Assembly (NCBI GenBank): GCA_963575745.1
Contig: CAUYUJ010000184.1
Location: forward strand, 62,001-117,093
Length of the DNA: 55,093 nucleotides
Reading direction: 5' to 3'
From: Prorocentrum cordatum
Taxonomy: Eukaryota
Shown: positions 32,793 through 42,500 of the stretch, piece by piece
Position numbering within the stretch: the stretch's first letter is position 1
How the letters are laid out: every line of letters begins with the position of its first letter
Position numbers and translations under genes: made by a program
Notes under the pieces: model-generated
What the model was told of the DNA's origin: nothing
The model's input: only the letters and a program-made list of their open reading frames with translations
Database searches by the model: none

Positions 32793-35700
32793 AATGGTGA
32801 GGAAGAGGTTGACTTCGATCCTGATGAGTCTGAATCATCATCACCATCGGCACACGCGCCATTTGCGCCGAGCTCCACCCAGCAGGGAGACCTGCCTCCA
32901 TCGGACGATCCATCTGGGATCGCACAGGAGCCTCCTCAGGCACCTCCACCGGGTGCCGCTCCTGCTGCTTCGGCAGCTTCCTCTGATGAGAACACCAGAA
33001 GATCTCGTCCCCATACGCGCGTCAGAGAAGAGCCACATCCACAGGCTCGACTTCCTCGTGAGTGGAGGCAGGCTGGCCCAAAAGAACACGCTCTCAGGAG
33101 AGGTGGCCAGCTACTTCCGCACAACGACCCAAGACGCCGAAAAGGGGAACACTCGGCCTTCGGCAAGGGCAACCCTGCCTATAGGGACAGTGATGGCAAG
33201 GCCATCCGCGGAGGCTATCAGCTTGCAACAAATATCCGCCGCCCTGAATTTCAAGAAGCGCGGACTCAGTTGCGAGATATTATCGCGGCGCGCAAGCAGT
33301 ATAGGCCTCACGCAGCATGCGGACCTTGTTCCCAGCCGTTCCAGAACCACGGGCCAGGATGCCCCGTTGGCAACAACGAAGGCCTGAGCCCCAACAGGGG
33401 CAAAACCCCTCATAAAGAGGGCCATCCGCAACTTATCCCGATGACACAAGAAGAGATTGCAGAAGTGAATCGTCGTCTCTGGATCTTGAGCCACTTGGAT
33501 CCGAAAGAAGAAGAAAAGCCTACCCCGGTTCCAAGGGGACTGGTAGCCATGACCCAGGAAGAGAAAGACGCGCTCTTCAGTCTTCCTAGTATGCGAGGAA
33601 ACTCGCCTGGCGTCTCTAGCCAGTCCCAACAACCAGAACCGACAATCAAGGATGAGGAAAAGGCTCAACGTGTGGCGGAGGACGAGGAGCGTATGCGGAC
33701 AGCAGAAGACCGCACTCGCGAGGCAACTCGCAAGATGTTGGAGGATTCTAGTAAGATCTACATGAAGAGGGCTACGAGGCCCCCACTCCCACTAACTTCG
33801 AAGGCCAAGAGTGGACCCCCGACACCTAAGCCGTCCTCGGTGCCGAAACCGAAGACGAGCCCTCAGGACCCTGGGCCAGACGTGCAGATGGAGGTGCCTC
33901 GAACTGAAACTCCGAGGCCGCCGATTGGCGCAACTCCTACACAAGCGTCTGTGCCCAAGCAGCAACCTCAGGACCCTATGGAGGAACGAAGACGCCCGCC
34001 TAGTCGCAGCAGTTCCATTGCGAAAAGGGCGGCAGCTTTCGAGCGCAGTGGGTATGCACCTGCGCCAGCTTCGCCTGTGGCGGCTCGTTCCAGGAGGTCC
34101 GATGAAGGTGCTATGTCGAGGGGTACCTGGGTGCCGAAGATCAGGGGCAGCGCCAGTCGCGCATCTCCGCGGGGAAACCCGCCAGGCGCTGCCGCCGCAG
34201 CTTCCTCCTCTTCTGGAGCCGCAGCCTCTTCAGCAACAGAGGTTCCGATGCGGGGAAACCCGCCAGTGGTTCAGCTGCACCACCCAGGTGACACGTCCTT
34301 CACTAGTGGGACTCCAAATGTGATCAGGGATAGACTTGCGCTTCGGAAGCTCCCACCGATACGCTCGGTGGATGAGACATTCATGAAGGAATGCAGGAAA
34401 GCTGGAATCCTTCCCACATCCAATGATATTCTCAAACAGCTGAGCAAAGCTCTCAGCAGGATATGCAGACATGCGCCAGACAAGCAACACAATCCTGTGT
34501 GGCGCTTGGAATCTTTCGATGATCATGATGGTTGGGTTAACCTAGTGGAACTCGTGGACCGTTATCCGTGGAACACAGGTCAATCAAGACACGCTGGGTA
34601 TAATCCAAGATATGACGAGGCCAAGATCATCAACGAGCATCTATGTAGGCGCTCGGTTGACCAACTAGCAGCCATCATGATGGCAGTTGTTCATGTCCGT
34701 GAACCAGACGGAGAAGAAAAACAGCGCCTACAGTTCAAGGTGTTGATGCGGGACTCCGGAGAGCCCGCTATCTTCGTCCGCGCCTCTCAGGGGCATTCAT
34801 GGGAATTGAAAGCTCCATGGTCGCTGTACAGCTACATTGTGCTGTGCGACCAACCTGCCGGGAGACCGGCCCCATACCCCGATGTTGCTATGCATGGCAC
34901 TCGATGGCACGCCTTCGAAGGGATTATGTGGCACGGCCTGTCCTGTAGACCTGAGCATAACACGAAGAAAAAGGGGACAGGCCGGTCGCGCATTCACTTC
35001 GTGCCGACAGTTCGCCGCCGTGCCGTGAACAGTGGGTGGGACCCAGACTCAGACATCATCATCTTCGTAGATTGGCGTGAGGCCATACAAGATGGTATGA
35101 AGTTCTGTTGGTCCGATAACGGAGTCCTCTTGTCCGAGGGAGATAACGGTATCATTGAACCATATTACATCTCTCATGTAGAGGACCTGTCCACAGGAAG
35201 GCAATGGCGTAATCCAGAGTATCTGGGGAGCCGCCATGCGCGAGTCTCTGTCGCAACGATGTCTGCTCCTGACAGGTGGGCTGAAGTTGGTACTTCCAGC
35301 GTTAAGTACCAGTGGTCCCGAGACCAAGGGGGCGTTGACCCCCCTATGGGCTACCTCCACAGGGAAGTTGGGGACCACTACAGCCCTACCCAGCTGGGAA
35401 ACCAGCCTGAGATCCATCGGATCTTCATGATTACCGAGAGTGAGGCCGGGAGCGCGGCTCCAAGCCGTGCCCCAAGCCAAGGGCCTAGTGCCGTGTCTTG
35501 GCAGGCCATCAGTACCTCGGACCTGGATCAGATCGCAGCCGCGCTGAACCCTGACCAGGTAGAACAGCTGGCGGACAGGTTATACCAGCAGGATCCCTGG
35601 GCCGCAGGCCAGGGAGCAATGTCCGCTATGGCTGCGAGAAATCGTCAGGCCATGCAGGGAAACCTGCCTACAAGCGGACCTGCTCGGTTTGAACCAATGC

Positions 35701-38573
35701 ATGGAAGCCCTACTCAGAGCATGCACACTCCAAGGGGCATGACTCCATTGGGCACACCACCGGCACAATCCCCATTCGGGACACCTGTCCGCCCTGCCAC
35801 AAACGGCGCTCTCATGGAGAGGAAAGCTGCGGCTAGGGCTGAACACAGCACAGCCCTCCTCAACATGATGCCGCCCGGCACGCCAACGAGTCAGCAGGGA
35901 AACCTGCCTGGCACACCAAGCCACCACAGGGCGGGTGTACCTGACGACTATCGCTCAAGAGTGGCGGCCGCGGTGCAGCAGGTGCAGAGCCATAATCTGC
36001 CTCACCCAAGTGGGCAGAGGTGGAGGCCAGCCTGGTCCTGGGAGCCTGAGGGTCCCAACCCACGGGATCCTGCTCGGCAACGAGCCTTTATCCCGGCGTT
36101 CAATGCCCATCCGAGCATGTCTCAGGGCCAGAGGCCACCACCAGCGCAGATGAACCCGCCATTATACCCTGATGGGTCAAGGGTTCCGAACAAATTTGTT
36201 CGTGAATTGGCGGATCAGATGCATAACCTCACTAATGTGCGCTGCAGTGACCATTCCATGTACCCGCACATGGCCTTCATGCCTTCACCGACATCACCAG
36301 AGGTGGTTGTCCAGCCCACTGCCCATTCAATATCGTCTGGCAGTAGGGGCGTGCCTGACTACATCAGGCAGACGCACCACACTCAGCAGGCATGCTTCAG
36401 GAGAAGGCAGGCGGTGCAAAGCGTACGGGATCAGTCACGTGCAGCTGCACTTGATGTGGTGAGGAACAGGGGCTCACCTTTGCGAGGAAACTCGCCCGCC
36501 GTGACTCCTACCACTTCCATGCCAAATGTCGAAGTGCAGGAGGTGCTGAATCCAACGGGGACACCCCCATCAGCCTTCATGCCCTCCGAGACGGTACTGG
36601 AGAGGCAACGGCGGGTATATCCCAGGGCAGCAGACGTAGAGGTCTTTACTGGGATGGAAGATACCTGCGCGGTATGCCTCGAAGAATTTCAGCCCAGGGA
36701 TAGTGTTTACCGCCTGAGGTGCAATCACCTATTCCACGAGGGATGCTGGAATTCTAATGTGGTGGGCCACGTTGCAAATCAGCGTGAGGGAGATCCCCAG
36801 CAGCCACCATGTGCTATCTGTCGAGCACCTGGCATTATAGCATCATCCTTCCCATGGACCGGCTCCTTTAGTCAGACTCCTGAGCAGTCAGCGAGAGAGC
36901 TGCGGGAGCTGAGGAGCATGGTGGAGGAGATGACGTCTAGGATGCTAGCTATGCAGACAGCTCCGTCACAACAGCAGGGATACCTGCCTGAAGAGGTAAG
37001 GCCGCCTATGGAAACGGGATATTTTGATCAGCTTATCCCGATGACGGCGCCTCAGCAGGGAAACCTGCATGATACTCCTCAGATGTCTCCCCAGAGTGGA
37101 GGCGAGGCTGAGATGTCACTGGGCCCTGATCAGCTGCGTGAATTGCGTGTACGACATTTTCAGAATCAGATGGATAATACGCACACAACATTTATGCTGG
37201 ATGCCAACAATCCTGAAACTGATAGTCCGTCGCTAGACTTATCAGAATCCTCAGTGGCGTCAGCAGCAACAGCAGCCAGGGCCGTCAATATCTCAGCGAC
37301 GAACGAGGAGTTCGAAGAGTGGCTGCGGTACCGGGATCACATCACGAACGAGGGGCTGCAAGACATCGCCCTTCACTCGTACCTAACGTTGATAAGGCGC
37401 ACGACCCGCGAGCAGTATATGAGCATACGTGATGAGTATGCCAACTGGCGGGAGGAGCGTGGCGATCACGCCCAGCACGTGTCGCACTTCCAGTACATTG
37501 ACCTGGCACGCATGGCCGAGAGCGAGTCGCATGCCAGTGTCATGCGGGGTAACCCGCCAGGGAGTACGACTGTGCCGCGGGGAAACCCGCCTACCGACAC
37601 AGCCGACACTTCAGAAACTGTGCACATCAAGCAGCCGAGTAAGACGTTCTTGGATGATGGTGGAAATTCCATACTCATCGACGTCGGTTCGAAGATCAAC
37701 ATCATGGGCGAGAACACGAGCCGTAAGTTCGTCCAGGCTGCCGAGGCACATGGCCGTACTTGTACGTTCGAGCCCCGCTCTCGTTTGAATATCAACGGAG
37801 TGGGAGAAGGGTCGGCCCCAGCGGATACCGTAGGCACATTCAGTATTGCCTGCGAGTACCAGGGGTCGGCCCAACTCGATTCATACAAGACGAACATTGT
37901 GTCAGGCTGTGGCAAGGACCTGCCAGCCATCCTAGGTCTCGATAGTATGCAGGACAAACGCACGATCATCGTGCTTGAACGAGGCCAGGAGAAGCTGATA
38001 TTCCCTGGTAAGGGGCAGGTCAAAATGGAGCTCCCAGAAGGCTCCAAAATCATGCCGACGACAAAGTTGCCGTCAGGGCATCTGTCGATCAGGTGTGATT
38101 GTTTTGGAGCTGCGGGGCAACCCGCCTCGAGCTCAAGCAGCACGTCCTTCCAGACAGTGCTGACAGGCGAGCCGACCCCGGCGCAGGAGCGCAAGCAATT
38201 GCAGGGAAACCTGCCCCAGGGGTTGATGGAGACGCTCGCCAAGGCCACCATGCGAGGCGACAACATCGACGATCTCGAGACGTTCGATTGTTTTGTTGCC
38301 AGGACACTGGCCCTGCATGGTGGTAGTGTACCCATGGACGCTGTACAGTCCCGCCGTAAGATAGTGATGGGATACACTAACCGTGAATTGCATACGGTCA
38401 GCGACGCTAGGTCCAAAGGCGTGCTGAAACAGCTGATGGATAATCCATCGATGCTGACAGCATTTGCGGAGCAATCCGCCTCTGAGGCCACGGCGCGCTG
38501 CAGTGCTGAGCTCCAGCATCTGAGGGAAGCCCAGATGCTGGCAGATATTGTAGGCACATCTTCTTCATCTTGA
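32793..38573 (+). CDS. Copia polyprotein segment: Tpt1/KptA 2'-phosphotransferase + RING-H2 + aspartic protease
   Basis: Frame open from 32793 (track ORF 33270..38573); Tpt1 motifs at 34428-35190; RING at 36666-36824; protease ILIDVGS (D at 37680) and LPAILGLD. Confidence 0.85.
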   Translation, partial: NGEEEVDFDPDESESSSPSAHAPFAPSSTQQGDLPPSDDPSGIAQEPPQAPPPGAAPAASAASSDENTRRSRPHTRVREEPHPQARLPREWRQAGPKEHALRRGGQLLPHNDPRRRKGEHSAFGKGNPAYRDSDGKAIRGGYQLATNIRRPEFQEARTQLRDIIAARKQYRPHAACGPCSQPFQNHGPGCPVGNNEGLSPNRGKTPHKEGHPQLIPMTQEEIAEVNRRLWILSHLDPKEEEKPTPVPRGLVAMTQEEKDALFSLPSMRGNSPGVSSQSQQPEPTIKDEEKAQRVAEDEERMRTAEDRTREATRKMLEDSSKIYMKRATRPPLPLTSKAKSGPPTPKPSSVPKPKTSPQDPGPDVQMEVPRTETPRPPIGATPTQASVPKQQPQDPMEERRRPPSRSSSIAKRAAAFERSGYAPAPASPVAARSRRSDEGAMSRGTWVPKIRGSASRASPRGNPPGAAAAASSSSGAAASSATEVPMRGNPPVVQLHHPGDTSFTSGTPNVIRDRLALRKLPPIRSVDETFMKECRKAGILPTSNDILKQLSKALSRICRHAPDKQHNPVWRLESFDDHDGWVNLVELVDRYPWNTGQSRHAGYNPRYDEAKIINEHLCRRSVDQLAAIMMAVVHVREPDGEEKQRLQFKVLMRDSGEPAIFVRASQGHSWELKAPWSLYSYIVLCDQPAGRPAPYPDVAMHGTRWHAFEGIMWHGLSCRPEHNTKKKGTGRSRIHFVPTVRRRAVNSGWDPDSDIIIFVDWREAIQDGMKFCWSDNGVLLSEGDNGIIEPYYISHVEDLSTGRQWRNPEYLGSRHARVSVATMSAPDRWAEVGTSSVKYQWSRDQGGVDPPMGYLHREVGDHYSPTQLGNQPEIHRIFMITESEAGSAAPSRAPSQGPSAVSWQAISTSDLDQIAAALNPDQVEQLADRLYQQDPWAAGQGAMSAMAARNRQAMQGNLPTSGPARFEPMHGSPTQSMHTPRGMTPLGTPPAQSPFGTPVRPATNGALMERKAAARAEHSTALLNMMPPGTPTSQQGNLPGTPSHHRAGVPDDYRSRVAAAVQQVQSHNLPHPSGQRWRPAWSWEPEGPNPRDPARQRAFIPAFNAHPSMSQGQRPPPAQMNPPLYPDGSRVPNKFVRELADQMHNLTNVRCSDHSMYPHMAFMPSPTSPEVVVQPTAHSISSGSRGVPDYIRQTHHTQQACFRRRQAVQSVRDQSRAAALDVVRNRGSPLRGNSPAVTPTTSMPNVEVQEVLNPTGTPPSAFMPSETVLERQRRVYPRAADVEVFTGMEDTCAVCLEEFQPRDSVYRLRCNHLFHEGCWNSNVVGHVANQREGDPQQPPCAICRAPGIIASSFPWTGSFSQTPEQSARELRELRSMVEEMTSRMLAMQTAPSQQQGYLPEEVRPPMETGYFDQLIPMTAPQQGNLHDTPQMSPQSGGEAEMSLGPDQLRELRVRHFQNQMDNTHTTFMLDANNPETDSPSLDLSESSVASAATAARAVNISATNEEFEEWLRYRDHITNEGLQDIALHSYLTLIRRTTREQYMSIRDEYANWREERGDHAQHVSHFQYIDLARMAESESHASVMRGNPPGSTTVPRGNPPTDTADTSETVHIKQPSKTFLDDGGNSILIDVGSKINIMGENTSRKFVQAAEAHGRTCTFEPRSRLNINGVGEGSAPADTVGTFSIACEYQGSAQLDSYKTNIVSGCGKDLPAILGLDSMQDKRTIIVLERGQEKLIFPGKGQVKMELPEGSKIMPTTKLPSGHLSIRCDCFGAAGQPASSSSSTSFQTVLTGEPTPAQERKQLQGNLPQGLMETLAKATMRGDNIDDLETFDCFVARTLALHGGSVPMDAVQSRRKIVMGYTNRELHTVSDARSKGVLKQLMDNPSMLTAFAEQSASEATARCSAELQHLREAQMLADIVGTSSSS
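34428..35190 (+). other. Tpt1/KptA (RNA 2'-phosphotransferase) domain
   Basis: LSKALSRICRH, DGWV, KQRLQ, VRASQGHS, HGT, GLS, GRSRIHF, SGW, IFVD, SDNGVLLSEGDNGII. Confidence 0.9.
36666..36824 (+). other. RING-H2 zinc finger
   Basis: CAVCLEEF..LRCNHLFHEGCW..CAICR (C3H2C3). Confidence 0.9.
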
Positions 38574-39569
38574 AGATGGCAGGGCGACGTCGCCCCCTCG
38601 TCGTCTTGCCTGTTGGCTGAAAAGCCGGGGGGTAACAAGGACAGCGGGGTAACCTGCCTTAGTAAGAGGGCTTTTGTCATTGAAGATACGAGGGAGGCAT
38701 GTGCCGACCTCCGCACGCGAGGTTATATTTGTGATCGTATTTCCCACAACGAACTTATGACAAGCGTGGGCACAAACTACATAGGTGCGGTGATCAGTGG
38801 AGATTACACTCTCATATGGATCAGTACTCCGGGTGACTGGTACGTAAGAATTCCAGGAAAGAGAGTGGCCCCACATTGGTCACGTATCCAGAACCAATTA
38901 ACAAAAGCCAAGAAACCCCGTATGAAGATCATAATATTTGGTCCCCCAGGATATGTTTGGAAGTTATCTCCAGTACGTGATACTCTGGAAGATCTAAAGT
39001 TGTCAGTAATACGGATGCGTTTGTGTCATTTCGGTATTCGGTTCAATATGCAAGACAGTACACCAAGTGGTACTTATATGCAGGTAGCATCATCAATACC
39101 GATTAGCTCGAAGCTGTGGGCATGTACCTGTAAGCAGGCAATACCACAACATGTGTTGGATTGGTACGGCCATACAGTGCGGCGTGCTGAATGGCGAGCT
39201 CAGACACGTACTACACTCATCCGTCACTTGAACGACAACATCCTGGGGAGCACCACCGCGCACGGAAACGTGCCCGTATACCTAAATACGTATGCACGCA
39301 CAGACCAGAACACCCGTCACTACGTGACGACTAATAAGGGAGGACCAAAATGGTCTGAAGTCATCCGACGTGTAACAATCAACCTGGATACCAATGCGGT
39401 TATTCAGGATATCTCGGTTACCGATCAACCAACAGGATATGATTGGCATGCACCATTACCTACAGGGGTTGCCAACATCAGTACTCGGTTGCATTGGCAA
39501 CCCGAGACTGGTCTTGCTCGGAAGCGAGCCGACTCAATCACCACAGAAACATCGACGCGTCATCATTGA
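38574..39569 (+). pseudogene. Continuation of the Copia polyprotein between an in-frame TGA (38571) and a frameshift (~39540)
   Basis: Same frame as the upstream ORF; protein-like composition; overlaps the start of the downstream pol frame. Confidence 0.6.
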
Positions 39570-42500
39570 TGACTGTTCTCTCCCCCTCCCGACTCTGGCG
39601 ATTGACGCATGTACCCATTCAACCATGACAATGAGTACACAGACCGACGAACAAGACGAGCAAGCTTTACCCGCTGAGTCGCGTATAAAACAGAAGAAGA
39701 GGCTCAAAGCCGAAAAGGAAGCAGGCATCAAGCCTCGCCGCATTAAAAAGCACGTTGAAGACGGAAACGATGATTGCGGCGACGAATTGTCAGGACTCGG
39801 ACAGGATCTTATGGCAACCTGGAGTACTGACGTCCCTGTTGAGCTGATAAGCTCCGACGAGGACGATGACCTGTTCCTTACCCTCCCCACATCTATGCCC
39901 GACACACACGCTAACATATACAGCATAGTTGCTACACTATGCTATGGTCATAACAACTGCGTGGATATGTTGGAGCTTTGTGGCGGTGAGGGTGGCATCT
40001 CAGAGCTTGCCTTCTCAAGGGGACTTTCCTCAGGCGGCAACTTGGACAATACTACATATGTCGACCTGGGAGACCCCTCGGTGCAGCAGGTTATAGACCA
40101 TTACTTTGCTATATGCTACGTACGAGTTGCCATACTGCAACCCAGCTGTCGCACCACAGGACCACCATCCTATTACAACCACAAAGTCAACTACAACACT
40201 TGGGAACAGCACCATAAAGAAGACTTACCACACATAACTTATTGTGGTAAAATTGCTGCAACCCAAGATGACTCTCAGAGGTGGTTTATACGCGAACAAC
40301 CTACAGGAACATGGGTAGATGATATTTCTCCATGGAAAAAGCTTGCCAACCGACCACGCATTACAACCGTGCGCATTGACCAATGCGCTACGGGACTTAG
40401 AGACACGACTGGTGAATATATTAAGAAGTCGACAAATATCACCAGCAACGACGAGACAATTCTTAAACCATTTGAGCGACTCAAGTGCAACGGTCAGCAT
40501 GTGCACGCACAACCGTGCAATACCGAGCTTTCACTGGCACAAAAATACACCCGACGACTGCAGTCTGCCTTCGTGGAAGCTGTATATCTGGCGAAAGCCA
40601 TTGACACCACGCGCGGAAACGCGCCTATAAGTACCGCACATGCTTATCCTACAGACCTTCCCGATCAAGCTGAACCAGGCGAAGGTATGAGACGCATCGG
40701 TGATCGTATCATCCCAAAGGTGGCTACTTGCCCGGCATGCATCGACAACGTCCGAAAGGACAGTCCCAGCCATAACAGAGACCCTACGCAGTGTAAATAT
40801 CATGATTCCATCTCTGTATATTGGCCATGTCCAGCATGTCAGAGGGATCTTACGAGAAGCAAGGGTGTTAAGAACCACCTCGATACCGAACCTGGTAAAC
40901 GTCGTTTTGCTGAACCATTTAAATTACCAGACGACCACGACCCCGAAGGCAGAACCGTGCCAGCTTGGTGGAAACCCTTACCTAAACCTGGTGAGGGCCA
41001 AGCCTCAGCTTCAGGTGGCCGTCAAGGCGCACACGCCAGGCCACCACAACCACGATCCTTCGGCAACGTCGATCCGACATCCGGTGCCAGCAGCTACGAC
41101 ATGCTACGAGACGCCCCCGAGCGTGGAAACACGCCTTCTGCGTCTTCTAGCGAAGTGCCACAGGTAGCGGCCCGCCGCGGCCGTCTACAAGGCGTACCAC
41201 CACCTCCAGACGCAGTTAACACAGGGGACCAACTACGGAGAGCTACAAGGAACCCTCTTGCCTCCACCGGCTCTGGGGCTCCACGACTACCCGACTGGGC
41301 GAGATTCGACATCCAACACAGTCTACAGAGTCTCCGTAGTCACGAACCTCATGTCGTGAAAAAGGAACTCCGAAAACTGCATCTGCGATGGCATCATGCG
41401 AAGGAGCCAAAGATGAGGCTAATCCTCGAAAAGGTGGGGCTTGATAACGTTCGGCTGAACATGATCAAGGAAGTCTGTGATACCTGTCGGGAATGTAGAG
41501 CATGGGAACGTCCAGGAAACTCAACACTACCATCGGTAAGCCTTCCTGGTAACTGGCTCGATGAAGGGGAAATGGGCCTCATGTTTTACAAGAAACGGAC
41601 CATATTTCATATTATGGATCGTTGTATTCGCCTGGCAGCAGGCCTAGAAATTTCCGACAGAGAACGTGACGCTATCATCGACGCCTACCACTATTGCTGG
41701 ATTGCCTATCACGGACCCTTCATAGTTTTATTCTCAGACGGAGAAGGCGCCCTGAATAACGATACCGCTAAAACCATGATAGCCAATAAGGGCACGGAAC
41801 TTCGTATCCGAGCACCTGGCCAACACGCGACTTCAATTGAGTCACGAAGCGGCATTCTCAGAGGCGTCCTCCACATGATTGAGGAAGAATTGAATAGACA
41901 CAACATCCCTGTTGTATTCACTAGAGTATTGGCGGAAGGCATCTTCGTTACCAATGCGTTTACGTTTTATAACGGAGTAGTGCCATATCAGGCACACACA
42001 GGACGTCAGCCCTCCTTCCTTCCTGATCTCGATACCCTTGACTTTCCCAAGGGACCCGAGACTTCAGGACACGAACGAGAACGTCGTGTAAGGGAAGTCA
42101 GCCTAGAAGCTATAACTCAGGCTACTGCTGTGGCCAAGACAAATCGGGCTCTTAGGGCTAAGACGACTCCTGATGGTGCTCGCCTCTACTCATCAGGGGA
42201 TTTGGTCGACTACCACCGACCTACTGCCACCAAGGACGACCATGGAGGCTGGAATGGCCCATTCCCGGTGATCCGAAATGTGCCTGAAAGAGGACATATT
42301 GTTGTCAAGGCAGGATCTCGTGAGGTAATTGTGATGTATCCTGATGCTCGTCACACACTATACATCGAATGTCTCCTCACACGGGAACTTGGCATGGATA
42401 ATATGGCCATGCAAGCCGTCCTTGCTTATGTGGCACACCTCAGCGCAGGGAAACCTGCCAAAGTTTTCGGGTATATTCCCGATTACAAGGGAAACCTTAA

